From positions 64,622-128,621 of the forward strand of contig JAZDKZ010000001.1 of assembly GCA_043802485.1 (NCBI GenBank): DNA of 64,000 nt, given 5' to 3'. The position numbers were made by a program, and so were the translations under genes. Shown here piece after piece: positions 1 to 8,464 of the stretch (position 1 is the stretch's first letter; every line of letters begins with the position of its first letter). Below the pieces are notes generated by a model, which was not told the origin of the DNA, made no database searches, and saw only the letters and a program-made list of their open reading frames with translations. Origin of the DNA: Candidatus Aenigmatarchaeota archaeon. GTDB taxonomy: Archaea; Aenigmatarchaeota; Aenigmatarchaeia; Aenigmatarchaeales; Aenigmatarchaeaceae.

Positions 1-203
1 GGCTTGAATGGAACTTCACACTCATTTCCGCAGTCGCTACATTTTGTCTTGTGCATTTCTCTATCAAAACCAGTGCTTGCTTCTGCCTTTGGCTCTTCAG
101 CGACTTCTTCGTCTGTGTCCTGATCTTCTTCTACTTCTTCATCAGACGTTTCTTCTTCAACTGGTTCTTCTTCTATCTGTTCTTCTGTTTTTGTTTCGTC
201 CAT
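1..203 (-). CDS. Partial CDS (3' end lies beyond the window): acidic N-terminus followed by a CxxC zinc-ribbon-like segment
   Basis: A minus-strand ATG at 201-203 reads MDETKTEEQIEEEPVEEETSDEEVEEDQDTDEEVAEEPKAEASTGFDREMHKTKCSDCGNECEVPFKP with no stop down to position 1. The C-x2-C...VPFKP stretch resembles CxxC-x17-CxxC domain proteins. The listed + ORF 8..205 is its antisense shadow. Confidence 0.4.
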   Translation of the reverse strand, partial: MDETKTEEQIEEEPVEEETSDEEVEEDQDTDEEVAEEPKAEASTGFDREMHKTKCSDCGNECEVPFK

Positions 204-291
204 AATATTATCTCCTTAACAATCTTTTAACATAATCCTCTAGTCTTTAAATAAACGACTGAAAAGTGATATTTCAGGTCTATATAATTTT

Positions 292-846
292 TTAAGCCTG
301 AGTGACTTCTGTCTTCCTGAACTCAAAGAACCTCAGAGGATACACCTTGCTGACACTCTTCTTTATCTTCATCTGTAGCTTGCCGTCTATTATCTCCCTG
401 ATGAACTCTTCCGTCTTCAGTTTCTGGACTTCACTTATTATCATTTCCCTTACTATCCTTCTGACCTTGACCGCGACAGGATGGCTCACCCTTCTGTTAG
501 AGATGGCTATTGACTTTATCCTTATCTCGTTGTCCTGGAGCTTTATTACATCGTTCGTGTCTATTCTTGTTTTTCTTCTGCTCACAATCCTTGATAAAAA
601 GTCCTTTGTGCAGTCATGACCCACAAACTTTGTTACAGCCCTCTTGTCCTTGACATCGTCTATCTTGAAGTAGAACTTTAGATAGTACTTGTTCGGGTCT
701 CCTGTTATGTCGGTCAGGCTGGTCTCTATGACTCTGCCCTTCAGCAGGGCCTGCTCAAGCGCCAGAGTCTCTCCTATGACAAAATCTCCGAAAAACTTTG
801 GTGCTGTTATCTCGTACCAGTCTTTGCCCTTCAGCTTTGAAGCCAT
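292..846 (-). CDS. rps3ae: 30S ribosomal protein S3Ae (eS1)
   Basis: The full-length 184-aa product starts MASKLKGKDWYEITAPKFFG and contains YLKFYFKIDDV, which is typical of S3Ae. Confidence 0.9.
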   Translation of the reverse strand: MASKLKGKDWYEITAPKFFGDFVIGETLALEQALLKGRVIETSLTDITGDPNKYYLKFYFKIDDVKDKRAVTKFVGHDCTKDFLSRIVSRRKTRIDTNDVIKLQDNEIRIKSIAISNRRVSHPVAVKVRRIVREMIISEVQKLKTEEFIREIIDGKLQMKIKKSVSKVYPLRFFEFRKTEVTQA

Positions 847-976
847 AGAGATTAAATACCATTTATAACTTTATAAATCTTAACGAAACGGCTACATGCT
901 ATCTACAAGAACAAGGTCTATCCAATAATCTGTACTGTTTTCTCTTGTTAGATTGTTTGTGCCTTGGTATACGCCA

Positions 977-1375
977 TCATGGTACAGACTTTTCTGCTAT
1001 CGCTCCCTGTACTGTAGTTACCTTGATGACAACGCCCGAACCTGGGAGTGATGAAAGAGTTATTGTTCCAAGCTGGCCTGGGGAAATTGATGGGGGAACT
1101 GTTGCTCCGTTGTCTAATGCGCCGTTGACAAAAACAGCAAACTGTGACACGTCCACCTTTCCGCTGTTCCTGACAGAAACCTCGCCGGTGACAGGAGAAA
1201 TGGTCTCTATTTTTATTTTTGAAAGTATTGATGTTGAAGCCTGGTCAACTGCCTCTGAACCTGTTTCCGTTGTCTCTGTTATCACCCGTCCGAAGAAGCT
1301 GTATGCAAGTGATACCAGAGAGACTGATATCAATGTTAGCAATATTACAACAATGATGGCAGATACTCCCTTCAT
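977..1375 (-). CDS. Archaeal type IV pilin-like protein (class III signal peptide)
   Basis: The N-terminus MKG/VSAIIVVILLTLISVSLVSLAYSFF has a short basic leader ending in KG, then a ~22-aa hydrophobic helix. The rest is a small Ser/Thr/Val-rich beta-type domain. Confidence 0.55.
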   Translation of the reverse strand: MKGVSAIIVVILLTLISVSLVSLAYSFFGRVITETTETGSEAVDQASTSILSKIKIETISPVTGEVSVRNSGKVDVSQFAVFVNGALDNGATVPPSISPGQLGTITLSSLPGSGVVIKVTTVQGAIAEKSVP

Positions 1376-1409
1376 ACACTTTAATTCGGTTTCACAGATA
1401 AAAAATCTA

Positions 1410-2693
1410 TTAGTTTATCATACTTTTGCACGTTTCTATGAATTTTTCCTTTGCATCTATCGGTATGGTTGCGCCTGCCGCGAACTCGTGCCCTCCACCC
1501 CTTCCGTTGCACACTTTCGCTGCTTCCATCACAACCTTCTGGACATCAAAGTCCTTGGACCTGACAGATATCTTTATGCCGTCCTCGGCGTTCGCAAAGC
1601 CGAATAACGTCTTTTCCTTTGGCTTGAAAAGCATCGAGACTATGGTGCCAATCAAATTCTCGTTTATGTTGTCGTCTGCTATCAAGTAATCAGCATTATC
1701 AGTCTTCTTGATGCTTTCCGGATTGCTCTCTACCCATCTCATGTAGTTTCCTATCAGCCTTCTGTAGCCACGGAGGACGCCCCTAGCCGCCTTTAGTGCC
1801 TTTTCACTTCCCATACACAGCGCCAGACCAACAGCAGGCTCGTTCATATTGGCGCAAGCATTTAGAATGGTGGCAAACTCTTTCGGATCCCTCAATTCCT
1901 CCTGGAAGCCATTGAGGGTTAGGTTGTTGCTGAAAAGAGAATGTGCCTTGAACTTTTCTGATTTCAATCCCTCTTTGATAATGGCGTCTGTCAGCTTTTT
2001 CTTATCGTTTTCATTGAGATCGTTGAGCGTAACCCATTCTCCATCTTTCTGTGGGCTGATGCCTATCTCGGACAAGAACTGTATGGCCTTGGAAGAATCG
2101 TTGATACTTGCTATGCCAGAATACTCTAGGGACTTGTACAAGGGCCTAGTATACCTGCCGAACAGGTTCAGGCCCATCTCCGCCTCTATGAAAGGGTTTT
2201 CGAATATCTTCGAATCTGTGGAGTAGCTCACATCTCCTATTGTTCCCACGACAGCCAAAGGCGCCAAATAATTGTTCTGCAAAATCTCCTTTGCTAGCAG
2301 GTATGTTATTCCTGCGCCTGAAAGTTCCAGGTCAAAATCCAGTGGGTTTATGTGTATCATCCTTTCTGTCAGAGTTCCTTCTATTTCGTGGTGATCAAGA
2401 ATTATGATATCAGAATCTATCTCCTTCAGAACATCCAGATAACCTGAGCCGACGTCAGTGAATATAGTGAGTTTGGGCCCTCTTTCGTTTAATGTTCCAA
2501 CTATATCAGGTTTTATCATCTTGACGAAGGTTACCTGAAAGTCCTTCTTCAATTGGTAGAGCACAGAAGCTATTATCGCGGCAGAGCTCACGCCGTCAGC
2601 GTCCAGATGCGACACCACCTGTATCATACTATCAGTGCCTTTGATCTTTTCAATGGCACTTTCAAGAAGATTTGCAAGCTCTTTCATTAGCAT
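1410..2693 (-). CDS. DHH/DHHA1 phosphoesterase, archaeal RecJ-like (GAN/Cdc45-related) nuclease
   Basis: Motifs HLDADGVSSAAI, IILDHH and GGGHEFAAGA (DHHA1) are present in a 427-aa product. Confidence 0.8.
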   Translation of the reverse strand: MLMKELANLLESAIEKIKGTDSMIQVVSHLDADGVSSAAIIASVLYQLKKDFQVTFVKMIKPDIVGTLNERGPKLTIFTDVGSGYLDVLKEIDSDIIILDHHEIEGTLTERMIHINPLDFDLELSGAGITYLLAKEILQNNYLAPLAVVGTIGDVSYSTDSKIFENPFIEAEMGLNLFGRYTRPLYKSLEYSGIASINDSSKAIQFLSEIGISPQKDGEWVTLNDLNENDKKKLTDAIIKEGLKSEKFKAHSLFSNNLTLNGFQEELRDPKEFATILNACANMNEPAVGLALCMGSEKALKAARGVLRGYRRLIGNYMRWVESNPESIKKTDNADYLIADDNINENLIGTIVSMLFKPKEKTLFGFANAEDGIKISVRSKDFDVQKVVMEAAKVCNGRGGGHEFAAGATIPIDAKEKFIETCKSMIN

Positions 2694-2712
2694 ATAATGT
2701 AGCTAACATAAT

Positions 2713-3174
2713 TTATTGCTTTGTGGTCTCTACCAACAGCTTGGCCTTGTCAGGTTCGTACTTGAAGCCTTTTGGCAGCTTGTTGTTCTTGGCATAATAC
2801 TTTATCAGCCTTCTTATCTTGCTTTCCAGCAATTCAAGGCCGTGCTTGGAAGTATAATCCTTCTTGTTCTTTCCCATATGGTCCCTGAGGTTCACCGCCC
2901 TTTCATAGAGATTCAGCAGGTCCTCAGGTATCTTTGACAAGAGGTTGTTTTCCTCGATTATCTGCATGACAGTCTTGCTCGTTATATCCTTGACAGAAGG
3001 TATGCCGTACTGGTCCCTTAGAAGCAGGCCTATTTTTGAAGCCTCCATACCCTCTTTCCTGAACTTTACCACCAGTCTCTCCACTTCCTTGTCGCTCAGA
3101 GTGACCCATTTAGCTGGCGTTGCCGGCTTCTTGGAGCCAGACCTTCCCCTTTTCCTGGAGTGCATCTTAGCCAT
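2713..3174 (-). CDS. rps15: 30S ribosomal protein S15 (uS15/S13e)
   Basis: MAKMHSRKRGRSGSKKP...RDQYGIPSVKD...LESKIRRLIKYY. The start was moved to the ATG at 3174; the ORF-track start is an upstream GTG. Confidence 0.9.
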   Translation of the reverse strand: MAKMHSRKRGRSGSKKPATPAKWVTLSDKEVERLVVKFRKEGMEASKIGLLLRDQYGIPSVKDITSKTVMQIIEENNLLSKIPEDLLNLYERAVNLRDHMGKNKKDYTSKHGLELLESKIRRLIKYYAKNNKLPKGFKYEPDKAKLLVETTKQ

Positions 3175-3430
3175 TGTTAGCACCTATGAACTGTGATACG
3201 ATGTAAACGGTTATACCTACCATTACAAACATTGAGCCGAACGAGGCTATGAATATCGTTCCCTGTATGAAGCTTCCTAGGAATATGCCAGAAGCCACCA
3301 TCACGCTTGACAGAACTATAATCATGAAGCTTATGTTCTCTATGTATTCCTTTCTGCTGTTTCCCTTTATCCTCTTGTGAATACCACTCTTATTTGTTGT
3401 TGGCTTTTCCTCTTGTATTGTTTCATTCAT
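3167..3430 (-). CDS. Small hypothetical membrane protein (2 TM helices)
   Basis: An 87-aa ORF with two hydrophobic helices, tightly packed between bud32 and rps15 with overlaps at both ends. Confidence 0.35.
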   Translation of the reverse strand: MNETIQEEKPTTNKSGIHKRIKGNSRKEYIENISFMIIVLSSVMVASGIFLGSFIQGTIFIASFGSMFVMVGITVYIVSQFIGANNG

Positions 3431-4040
3431 TCCTTCTCACATACCTTCCTCGTTTTTCTATATCATTTAAGGTCTCCAAGACCTTATTAAAATTATCGTT
3501 GGTTTGCTTATAACCTTTTATAAAACTGTCCCATAAAAGATTTAAATGTTTAAAATGGGTTGATTTGAAGGCTTCCTTCAGGACAGACAGGTCAGTTGCC
3601 AGGTTTTCTGCTCGTTTGGTGTTCTCTCCTAGACCAAAGTCGATGAAAAACACTTTTTCATCCTTGAGAATCATGTTGCTTGTCGTCAGGTCCCCGTGGG
3701 CAATGCCGTTCGTATGCAAAAGGCCTATTGACCTGCCAACAAGCTCCGCCACACCTTCCATTTCTTTTTCTTTAGCTTCGTTGAAGAACTCTTTCAGTCT
3801 CTTGCCTTCGATATAGTCCATCTTTATCTTAAAATTCGATTCAGACACAATTGTGACATCAGGTGTATTCACCCCTATTCTCTGCGCTTCCAGAAGCAGC
3901 TTGCCCTCTTTCCTTGTTCTGTACTTTCTCAGCTTCTCGTCTATTTCCGGGAGCCTGTAGCCTTTCTTGATTCTTTCCTTGACTACTTTGCTTCCGTCAA
4001 GCCAGATTATGGCTTCCGCGCCGCGCTTTATTTCTTTCAT
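3423..4040 (-). CDS. bud32: KEOPS kinase/ATPase Bud32 (Kae1-associated kinase)
   Basis: Contains KRGAEAIIW, KERIKKGYRLPEIDEKLRKYRTRKEGKLL, HGDLTTSNMIL and FIDFGLG. The 205-aa length fits a standalone Bud32. Confidence 0.8.
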   Translation of the reverse strand: MKEIKRGAEAIIWLDGSKVVKERIKKGYRLPEIDEKLRKYRTRKEGKLLLEAQRIGVNTPDVTIVSESNFKIKMDYIEGKRLKEFFNEAKEKEMEGVAELVGRSIGLLHTNGIAHGDLTTSNMILKDEKVFFIDFGLGENTKRAENLATDLSVLKEAFKSTHFKHLNLLWDSFIKGYKQTNDNFNKVLETLNDIEKRGRYVRRNE

Positions 4041-4119
4041 CTTTTATTCCTCTCATTTTTTAGATGATCATAAATCTTACCAAATTCTATAACTTTTTCG
4101 TTGTCCATAAAAATCAGAG

Positions 4120-4214
4120 TGGGCGGGAGGAGATTCGAACTCCCGACCTCCACGTTATCAGCATCGCCTAATCAGATGATTATGTGGCGCTCTACCAGGC
4201 TAAGCTACCCGCCC
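4120..4214 (-). tRNA. tRNA-Ile(GAU) with a ~21-nt intron
   Basis: The reverse complement reads GGGCGGG-TA-GCTTAGCCTGGTAGAGC-G-CCAC[ATAATCATCTGATTAGGCGAT]G-CTGATAA-CGTGG-AGGTC-GGGAGTTCGAATCTCCT-CCCGCCC-A. The acceptor and T arms are perfect. Removing 21 nt restores a CCACG/CGTGG anticodon stem with loop CTGATAA. Confidence 0.7.
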
Positions 4215-4252
4215 ATGAAGATAAATATTGTAAGAAGACTTTTAAATAATAT

Positions 4253-4594
4253 CTAGGCCTTGCCATTTGTCTTTATCCTGGACAGGAAGTAGGTTATGAC
4301 CACGGCCATGATGGTGACAGACACGGCCACATAGAATTTGTACACCACGTCGCTTTCTGTCGGGAACAGTGCCGCTATGGCCGATTTTATGGCGTCGTTC
4401 CAGCTAAGGGCCGCCACAAGACCCATGGCGGAGATAATCAGGGTTATAAAGTTCTCCTTGAAGGCTCTTGTGAACTTGGTCATTTCGTTGTTCAATATTA
4501 TGTTCCTCCTCTGCTGTCTCCAGCCTACAGGGCTCTTGTACTTTGCAGGACTGTTGTGGGAGTCTTTTTTGACCATCATAGAATCACGGTTCAT
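4253..4594 (-). CDS. Hypothetical small membrane protein
   Basis: The C-terminal 70 aa (MTKFTRAFKENFITLIISAMGLVAALSWNDAIKSAI...VAVSVTIMAVVITYFL) form two TM helices. The true start may be the internal Met. Confidence 0.4.
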   Translation of the reverse strand: MNRDSMMVKKDSHNSPAKYKSPVGWRQQRRNIILNNEMTKFTRAFKENFITLIISAMGLVAALSWNDAIKSAIAALFPTESDVVYKFYVAVSVTIMAVVITYFLSRIKTNGKA

Positions 4595-4664
4595 CTAATT
4601 TGACGAGCCTACTCTTAAAGATTCATCTATGCCAGAACGAGAAAGTATAAGAATGGACATAGCC

Positions 4665-5081
4665 TCATATTCCGTTGAAATGAAGAAGGACGTCATTTAA
4701 GAACTCTTTCAGCTTCGGGCTCTTCTCAGCGTCTTTTTCAAAATTATGTCTAGGTGAATGTATAAGTTCTTGCGGATCATAGAACCCAAAACACCTATGA
4801 TTTCCATTTCTGGTTGTCTTGCTTATACACATGTAGGTTATTCTAGTCGGGTCCTTATCCGTTCCATTGTATCCTTCTGAAGTTGGCCAACTTTCTCTTC
4901 TGAGAGAGGCTTCATAATCACCCCTCTCCACTTCAACAAAAGCTCCTGACTGACCATAGTTTCTACTATACCGTACGAAATCAAAAATGCCCCTTTCTTT
5001 AACTTCTCTACATATACCAATCGTTGACCGGCCTTTCATCTTTGTATATCCTTTTATATGCTTTCTCCTTCTTCTTGGCAT
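4665..5081 (-). CDS. Hypothetical protein
   Basis: A 138-aa ORF with a basic N-terminus (MPRRRRKHIKGY) and no recognisable motif. It lies between the two tRNA genes. Confidence 0.3.
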   Translation of the reverse strand: MPRRRRKHIKGYTKMKGRSTIGICREVKERGIFDFVRYSRNYGQSGAFVEVERGDYEASLRRESWPTSEGYNGTDKDPTRITYMCISKTTRNGNHRCFGFYDPQELIHSPRHNFEKDAEKSPKLKEFLNDVLLHFNGI

Positions 5082-5110
5082 AATTGAATTATGTTAAAAA
5101 AGAATAAGAA

Positions 5111-5182
5111 TGGACTGGCTGGGAATTGAACCCAGAATCTCTGCTGTGCGAGAGCAGCGTCTTACCGTTCGACTACCAGCCC
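5111..5182 (-). tRNA. tRNA-Ala(CGC)
   Basis: The reverse complement reads GGGCTGGTAGTCGAACGGTAAGACGCTGCTCTCGCACAGCAGAGATTCTGGGTTCAATTCCCAGCCAGTCCA. It has the G3:U70 alanine identity pair and an anticodon stem CTGCT/AGCAG with loop CT-CGC-AC. CCA is not encoded. Confidence 0.9.
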
Positions 5183-5215
5183 TTATTATAAATTATAATC
5201 CAAAAGATATTTTAT

Positions 5216-5926
5216 ATGATTATCTCTGCTATATCAGACCTCGATATTCTGGGTGTTGACCTGGAACCGCTGTGGGACATCTTCAAAAAAGCCCAAGAGC
5301 CAGACCTTCTGCTGTTTGCAGGCGATATGTACGATTTCAGGACACCTGAGACATACGGCTTAATACTAGATTTCATCGAGATGATAAAGTGGAAGTGCCC
5401 GATAGTCGCGGTTTTCGGCAACCATGAGTTTGACGATGAGATAAAGGACATAAAGAAAATAACTAAAAAAAGAATAAAATTTCTTGAAGACGACAGCACT
5501 GTCTTGAATATAGGGGGAAAGAAGGTTGGTATTGTCGGTTCCACAGGCATTCTTGACTCTCCTACTTGGTGGCAGTTCAATAATAGTCCTGATATGGACG
5601 ATGAGTATAAAAGTCTGAAGGAGAACATAAGGAAGATGATGCTTGCCTTGAAGGGTGACATAAGAATTCTCTTGACCCATTACGCCCCCACATACAAGAC
5701 TCTGAAAGGCGAGAATAGTAGATACTATTCTGTCATAGGTTCCAAGAAGATGGAGAAGGTAATCAAAGAGACCAAGCCCACTTTTGCTGTTCATGGCCAT
5801 GCACACTACGGTCTGCCGCTTGCATTTGTTGGTTCAGTGCCAGTTTTTAATGTCTGTTTTGAGGTAAATAAGAAAATAATCGAGATAGACACTGACAAGC
5901 TTCCTAGACGGAAAAAGACCAGATAA
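5216..5926 (+). CDS. Metallophosphoesterase (calcineurin-like)
   Basis: Motifs LLLFAGDMYD, FGNHEFD, LLTHYAP and AVHGHAH are present. Confidence 0.7.
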   Translation: MIISAISDLDILGVDLEPLWDIFKKAQEPDLLLFAGDMYDFRTPETYGLILDFIEMIKWKCPIVAVFGNHEFDDEIKDIKKITKKRIKFLEDDSTVLNIGGKKVGIVGSTGILDSPTWWQFNNSPDMDDEYKSLKENIRKMMLALKGDIRILLTHYAPTYKTLKGENSRYYSVIGSKKMEKVIKETKPTFAVHGHAHYGLPLAFVGSVPVFNVCFEVNKKIIEIDTDKLPRRKKTR

Positions 5927-5972
5927 GACAAAGCAAAAACATTTATCTATTTACAATCATAAAAATCCTTCT

Positions 5973-8369
5973 ATGCAGAAGAAGTATGACCCAAAGGAAG
6001 TCGAGCCTAGAATACTAAAGTTCTGGGAAGACCAGAAAGTATTCGCTTTTGACAGAGATTGTAAGAAAACCATATTTTCCATTGACACGCCACCGCCTTA
6101 CGCGTCTGCAGACCATCTTCACGCGGGGCATGCGATGCACTACGCTCAGTTCGAGTTTGTTGCTAGGTTCAAAAGAATGAGAGGATTCAATGTTCTTTTT
6201 CCGATGGGCTTTGATGACAACGGGCTTCCTACTGAAAGGTTTGTTGAAAAAAAATACAACGTCAACAAGTCAAAGACAACTAGGTCCGAGTTCATAAAAC
6301 TGTGCTTGGATGAGACCAAAAGAATGGGCAAGATATACAGAGAAATGTGGACCAAAGTCGGTCTGAGCGTTGACTGGTCCCTGCTTTATACTACGATAAG
6401 CCCTTTCTGTCAGAAGTTGGCACAAAAATCTTTCATCGAACTTTATAAAAATAAGAGACTGGAAAGGGTAGAGGACCCGATAATGTGGTGCATTCAGTGC
6501 CAGACCGCCATATCGCAGGCTGATCTGGAAGACCTTGAAAAGAGCTCCATGTTCGTTGATGTAAAGTTCAAGTTCAAGGAAGACGGTTCAGACATAATAA
6601 TTGCGACAACAAGGCCAGAGTTGATTCCTGCTTGCGTTGCATTGTTTGTTAATCCCAATGATGAAAGGTACAAGAATCATGTGGGAAAGAAGGCCGTCAT
6701 ACCATTATTCAATTACGAGGTTCCCATATTGGTAGATGAAAGCGTTGCCATGGATGTTGGTACAGGCTTCATGATGGTCTGCACATGGGGGGATGTAGAG
6801 GATGTTGAGAAATGGAGAAAATACAAACTTGACACGAGGCTTGTCATCAATGAGAAAGGAATAATGAATGAACTGGCAAGAAAATATGAGGGCATGCATA
6901 TCAAAAAGATGAGGAATGCCATTCTGGAGGATTTGGAAAAGGAAGGCCTGATAACTGGCAAGAAGGACATAACACATGTCACTAATGTTCACGAGAGGTG
7001 CGGCACTCCGATAGAGATATTCAAGACTCCCCAATGGTTTATCAAGATTCTTGACAAGAAGGAAGAACTGATCAAGCAGGTCAATAAGGTGAACTGGTAT
7101 CCTGACTATATGAGAATAAGGGCAGAGCACTGGATACAAAACTTGGGTTGGAACTGGTGCATATCCAGGCAGAGATTCTATGGCATTCCTTTTCCTGTCT
7201 GGTACTGCAAGAAATGTAACAGCGTGATTCTTCCGGACGAGAAGGACCTTCCGGTGAATCCGGTCGAGCAAAAACCCGGTAAGAAATGTGTTTGTGGTTC
7301 GGAAGATTTCGAGCCAGAGATGGACGTCATGGACACTTGGATGACTTCATCGCTCACGCCCCAGATAGTTCTCAGATGGGGTGAGAAGGACAGCTTGATG
7401 GAAAAGGAGTTCCCGATGTCTCTGAGACCGCAGGGTCATGATATAATAAGGACATGGGCCTTCTATACAATTGTCAAGGCCTATTACCACGAGGACAGCG
7501 TCCCGTGGAAAGACATAATGATATCAGGTCATGGCCAGGACCCGAAAGGAAAGAAGATGTCGAAGAGCAAGGGAAACATTGTTACAGTAAATGAAGTTAT
7601 CGATAAATATTCTGCAGATGCTTTGAGATTCTGGGCGGCTTCGGTCAAGCTAGGGAACGACCTGCCCTACAGCGAGAAGGATGTCGTTACCGGTCAGAAG
7701 CTCTGTACAAAGCTATGGAACGCCTCCAAGTTTGTGAGTCAGTTCATATCAAAGATTGAAAAACCAGAATTGGAAATAATTGACAAGTGGCTGCTGAGCA
7801 AGTTGACTAACCTTGTTGAAACCTCTACAAAAAGCTTTGAAATTTATGAATATTCTGACGCGAAAAGGGAAATAGAAAATTTCTTCTGGCACACCTTCTG
7901 CGACAACTATCTTGAGATGGTGAAGCACCGCGCGTACAACGGCGATGAGTCTGCAAAGTATACGCTGTATAAATCACTGCTGACTGTTCTCAAGCTGTTC
8001 GCACCAATAATACCTTTCATTACAGAGGAAATCTACCAGAACCTTTTCAAGGAGAATGAAAAAGATAATTCTATTCATATATCATCTTGGTCTGTTGTCG
8101 AGAAGGAATTGATTGACAGTGAGACAGAGAGCACAGGCGACATGGCGGTCGCCATAGTATCTGCCGTCAGGCAATATAAGAGCAGCAACGGTTTGGCGCT
8201 CAACTCAGAGGTTCAGAAACTTGTGATAGAATGCGAAGATAAGGAGACGCGGCAAAAGGTGGAGCTGGTTTCGGAAGACATAAAGGGAACCATGAACGTC
8301 AAAGAGATTGCTTTTGAAAAAGGCGACGTGGAAGTGGAAGGATACAAGATTAAAATCAGTGTAAAATAA
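5973..8369 (+). CDS. valS: Valyl-tRNA synthetase
   Basis: Class I aaRS with a HIGH-type region (IDTPPPYASADHLHAGHAMHY), RFKRMRGFNVLFPMGFDDNGLPTE, and KMSKSKGN. The N-terminus (KYDPKEVEPRILKFWEDQKVF) and the 798-aa length fit archaeal ValRS. Confidence 0.9.
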   Translation: MQKKYDPKEVEPRILKFWEDQKVFAFDRDCKKTIFSIDTPPPYASADHLHAGHAMHYAQFEFVARFKRMRGFNVLFPMGFDDNGLPTERFVEKKYNVNKSKTTRSEFIKLCLDETKRMGKIYREMWTKVGLSVDWSLLYTTISPFCQKLAQKSFIELYKNKRLERVEDPIMWCIQCQTAISQADLEDLEKSSMFVDVKFKFKEDGSDIIIATTRPELIPACVALFVNPNDERYKNHVGKKAVIPLFNYEVPILVDESVAMDVGTGFMMVCTWGDVEDVEKWRKYKLDTRLVINEKGIMNELARKYEGMHIKKMRNAILEDLEKEGLITGKKDITHVTNVHERCGTPIEIFKTPQWFIKILDKKEELIKQVNKVNWYPDYMRIRAEHWIQNLGWNWCISRQRFYGIPFPVWYCKKCNSVILPDEKDLPVNPVEQKPGKKCVCGSEDFEPEMDVMDTWMTSSLTPQIVLRWGEKDSLMEKEFPMSLRPQGHDIIRTWAFYTIVKAYYHEDSVPWKDIMISGHGQDPKGKKMSKSKGNIVTVNEVIDKYSADALRFWAASVKLGNDLPYSEKDVVTGQKLCTKLWNASKFVSQFISKIEKPELEIIDKWLLSKLTNLVETSTKSFEIYEYSDAKREIENFFWHTFCDNYLEMVKHRAYNGDESAKYTLYKSLLTVLKLFAPIIPFITEEIYQNLFKENEKDNSIHISSWSVVEKELIDSETESTGDMAVAIVSAVRQYKSSNGLALNSEVQKLVIECEDKETRQKVELVSEDIKGTMNVKEIAFEKGDVEVEGYKIKISVK

Positions 8370-8464
8370 AAAATCATTTATATAGTTTGATAATAAAATC
8401 TAGTTGTGAGAGAAATGGAAGCTTCAAATCCGACCAATTGACTAGTTTCTTTATAGTGATTTAA

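Noticed and set aside
8-205. A 65-aa + strand ORF rich in Leu at the window start
   Set aside because: It is the antisense of a Glu/Asp-rich minus-strand gene whose ATG is at 201-203. The Leu/Phe-rich low-complexity translation is the mirror image of GAA/GAG-rich coding sequence.
945-1607. A 220-aa + strand ORF overlapping the pilin-like and RecJ-like genes
   Set aside because: It is antisense to two well-supported minus-strand genes and has no motifs, so it is a shadow ORF.
4120-5182. Two tRNA genes bracketing two orphan ORFs, as a possible integrated element
   Set aside because: There is no integrase, no direct repeat of a tRNA 3' end and no other mobile-element gene. The interval is under 1 kb, which is too little evidence.
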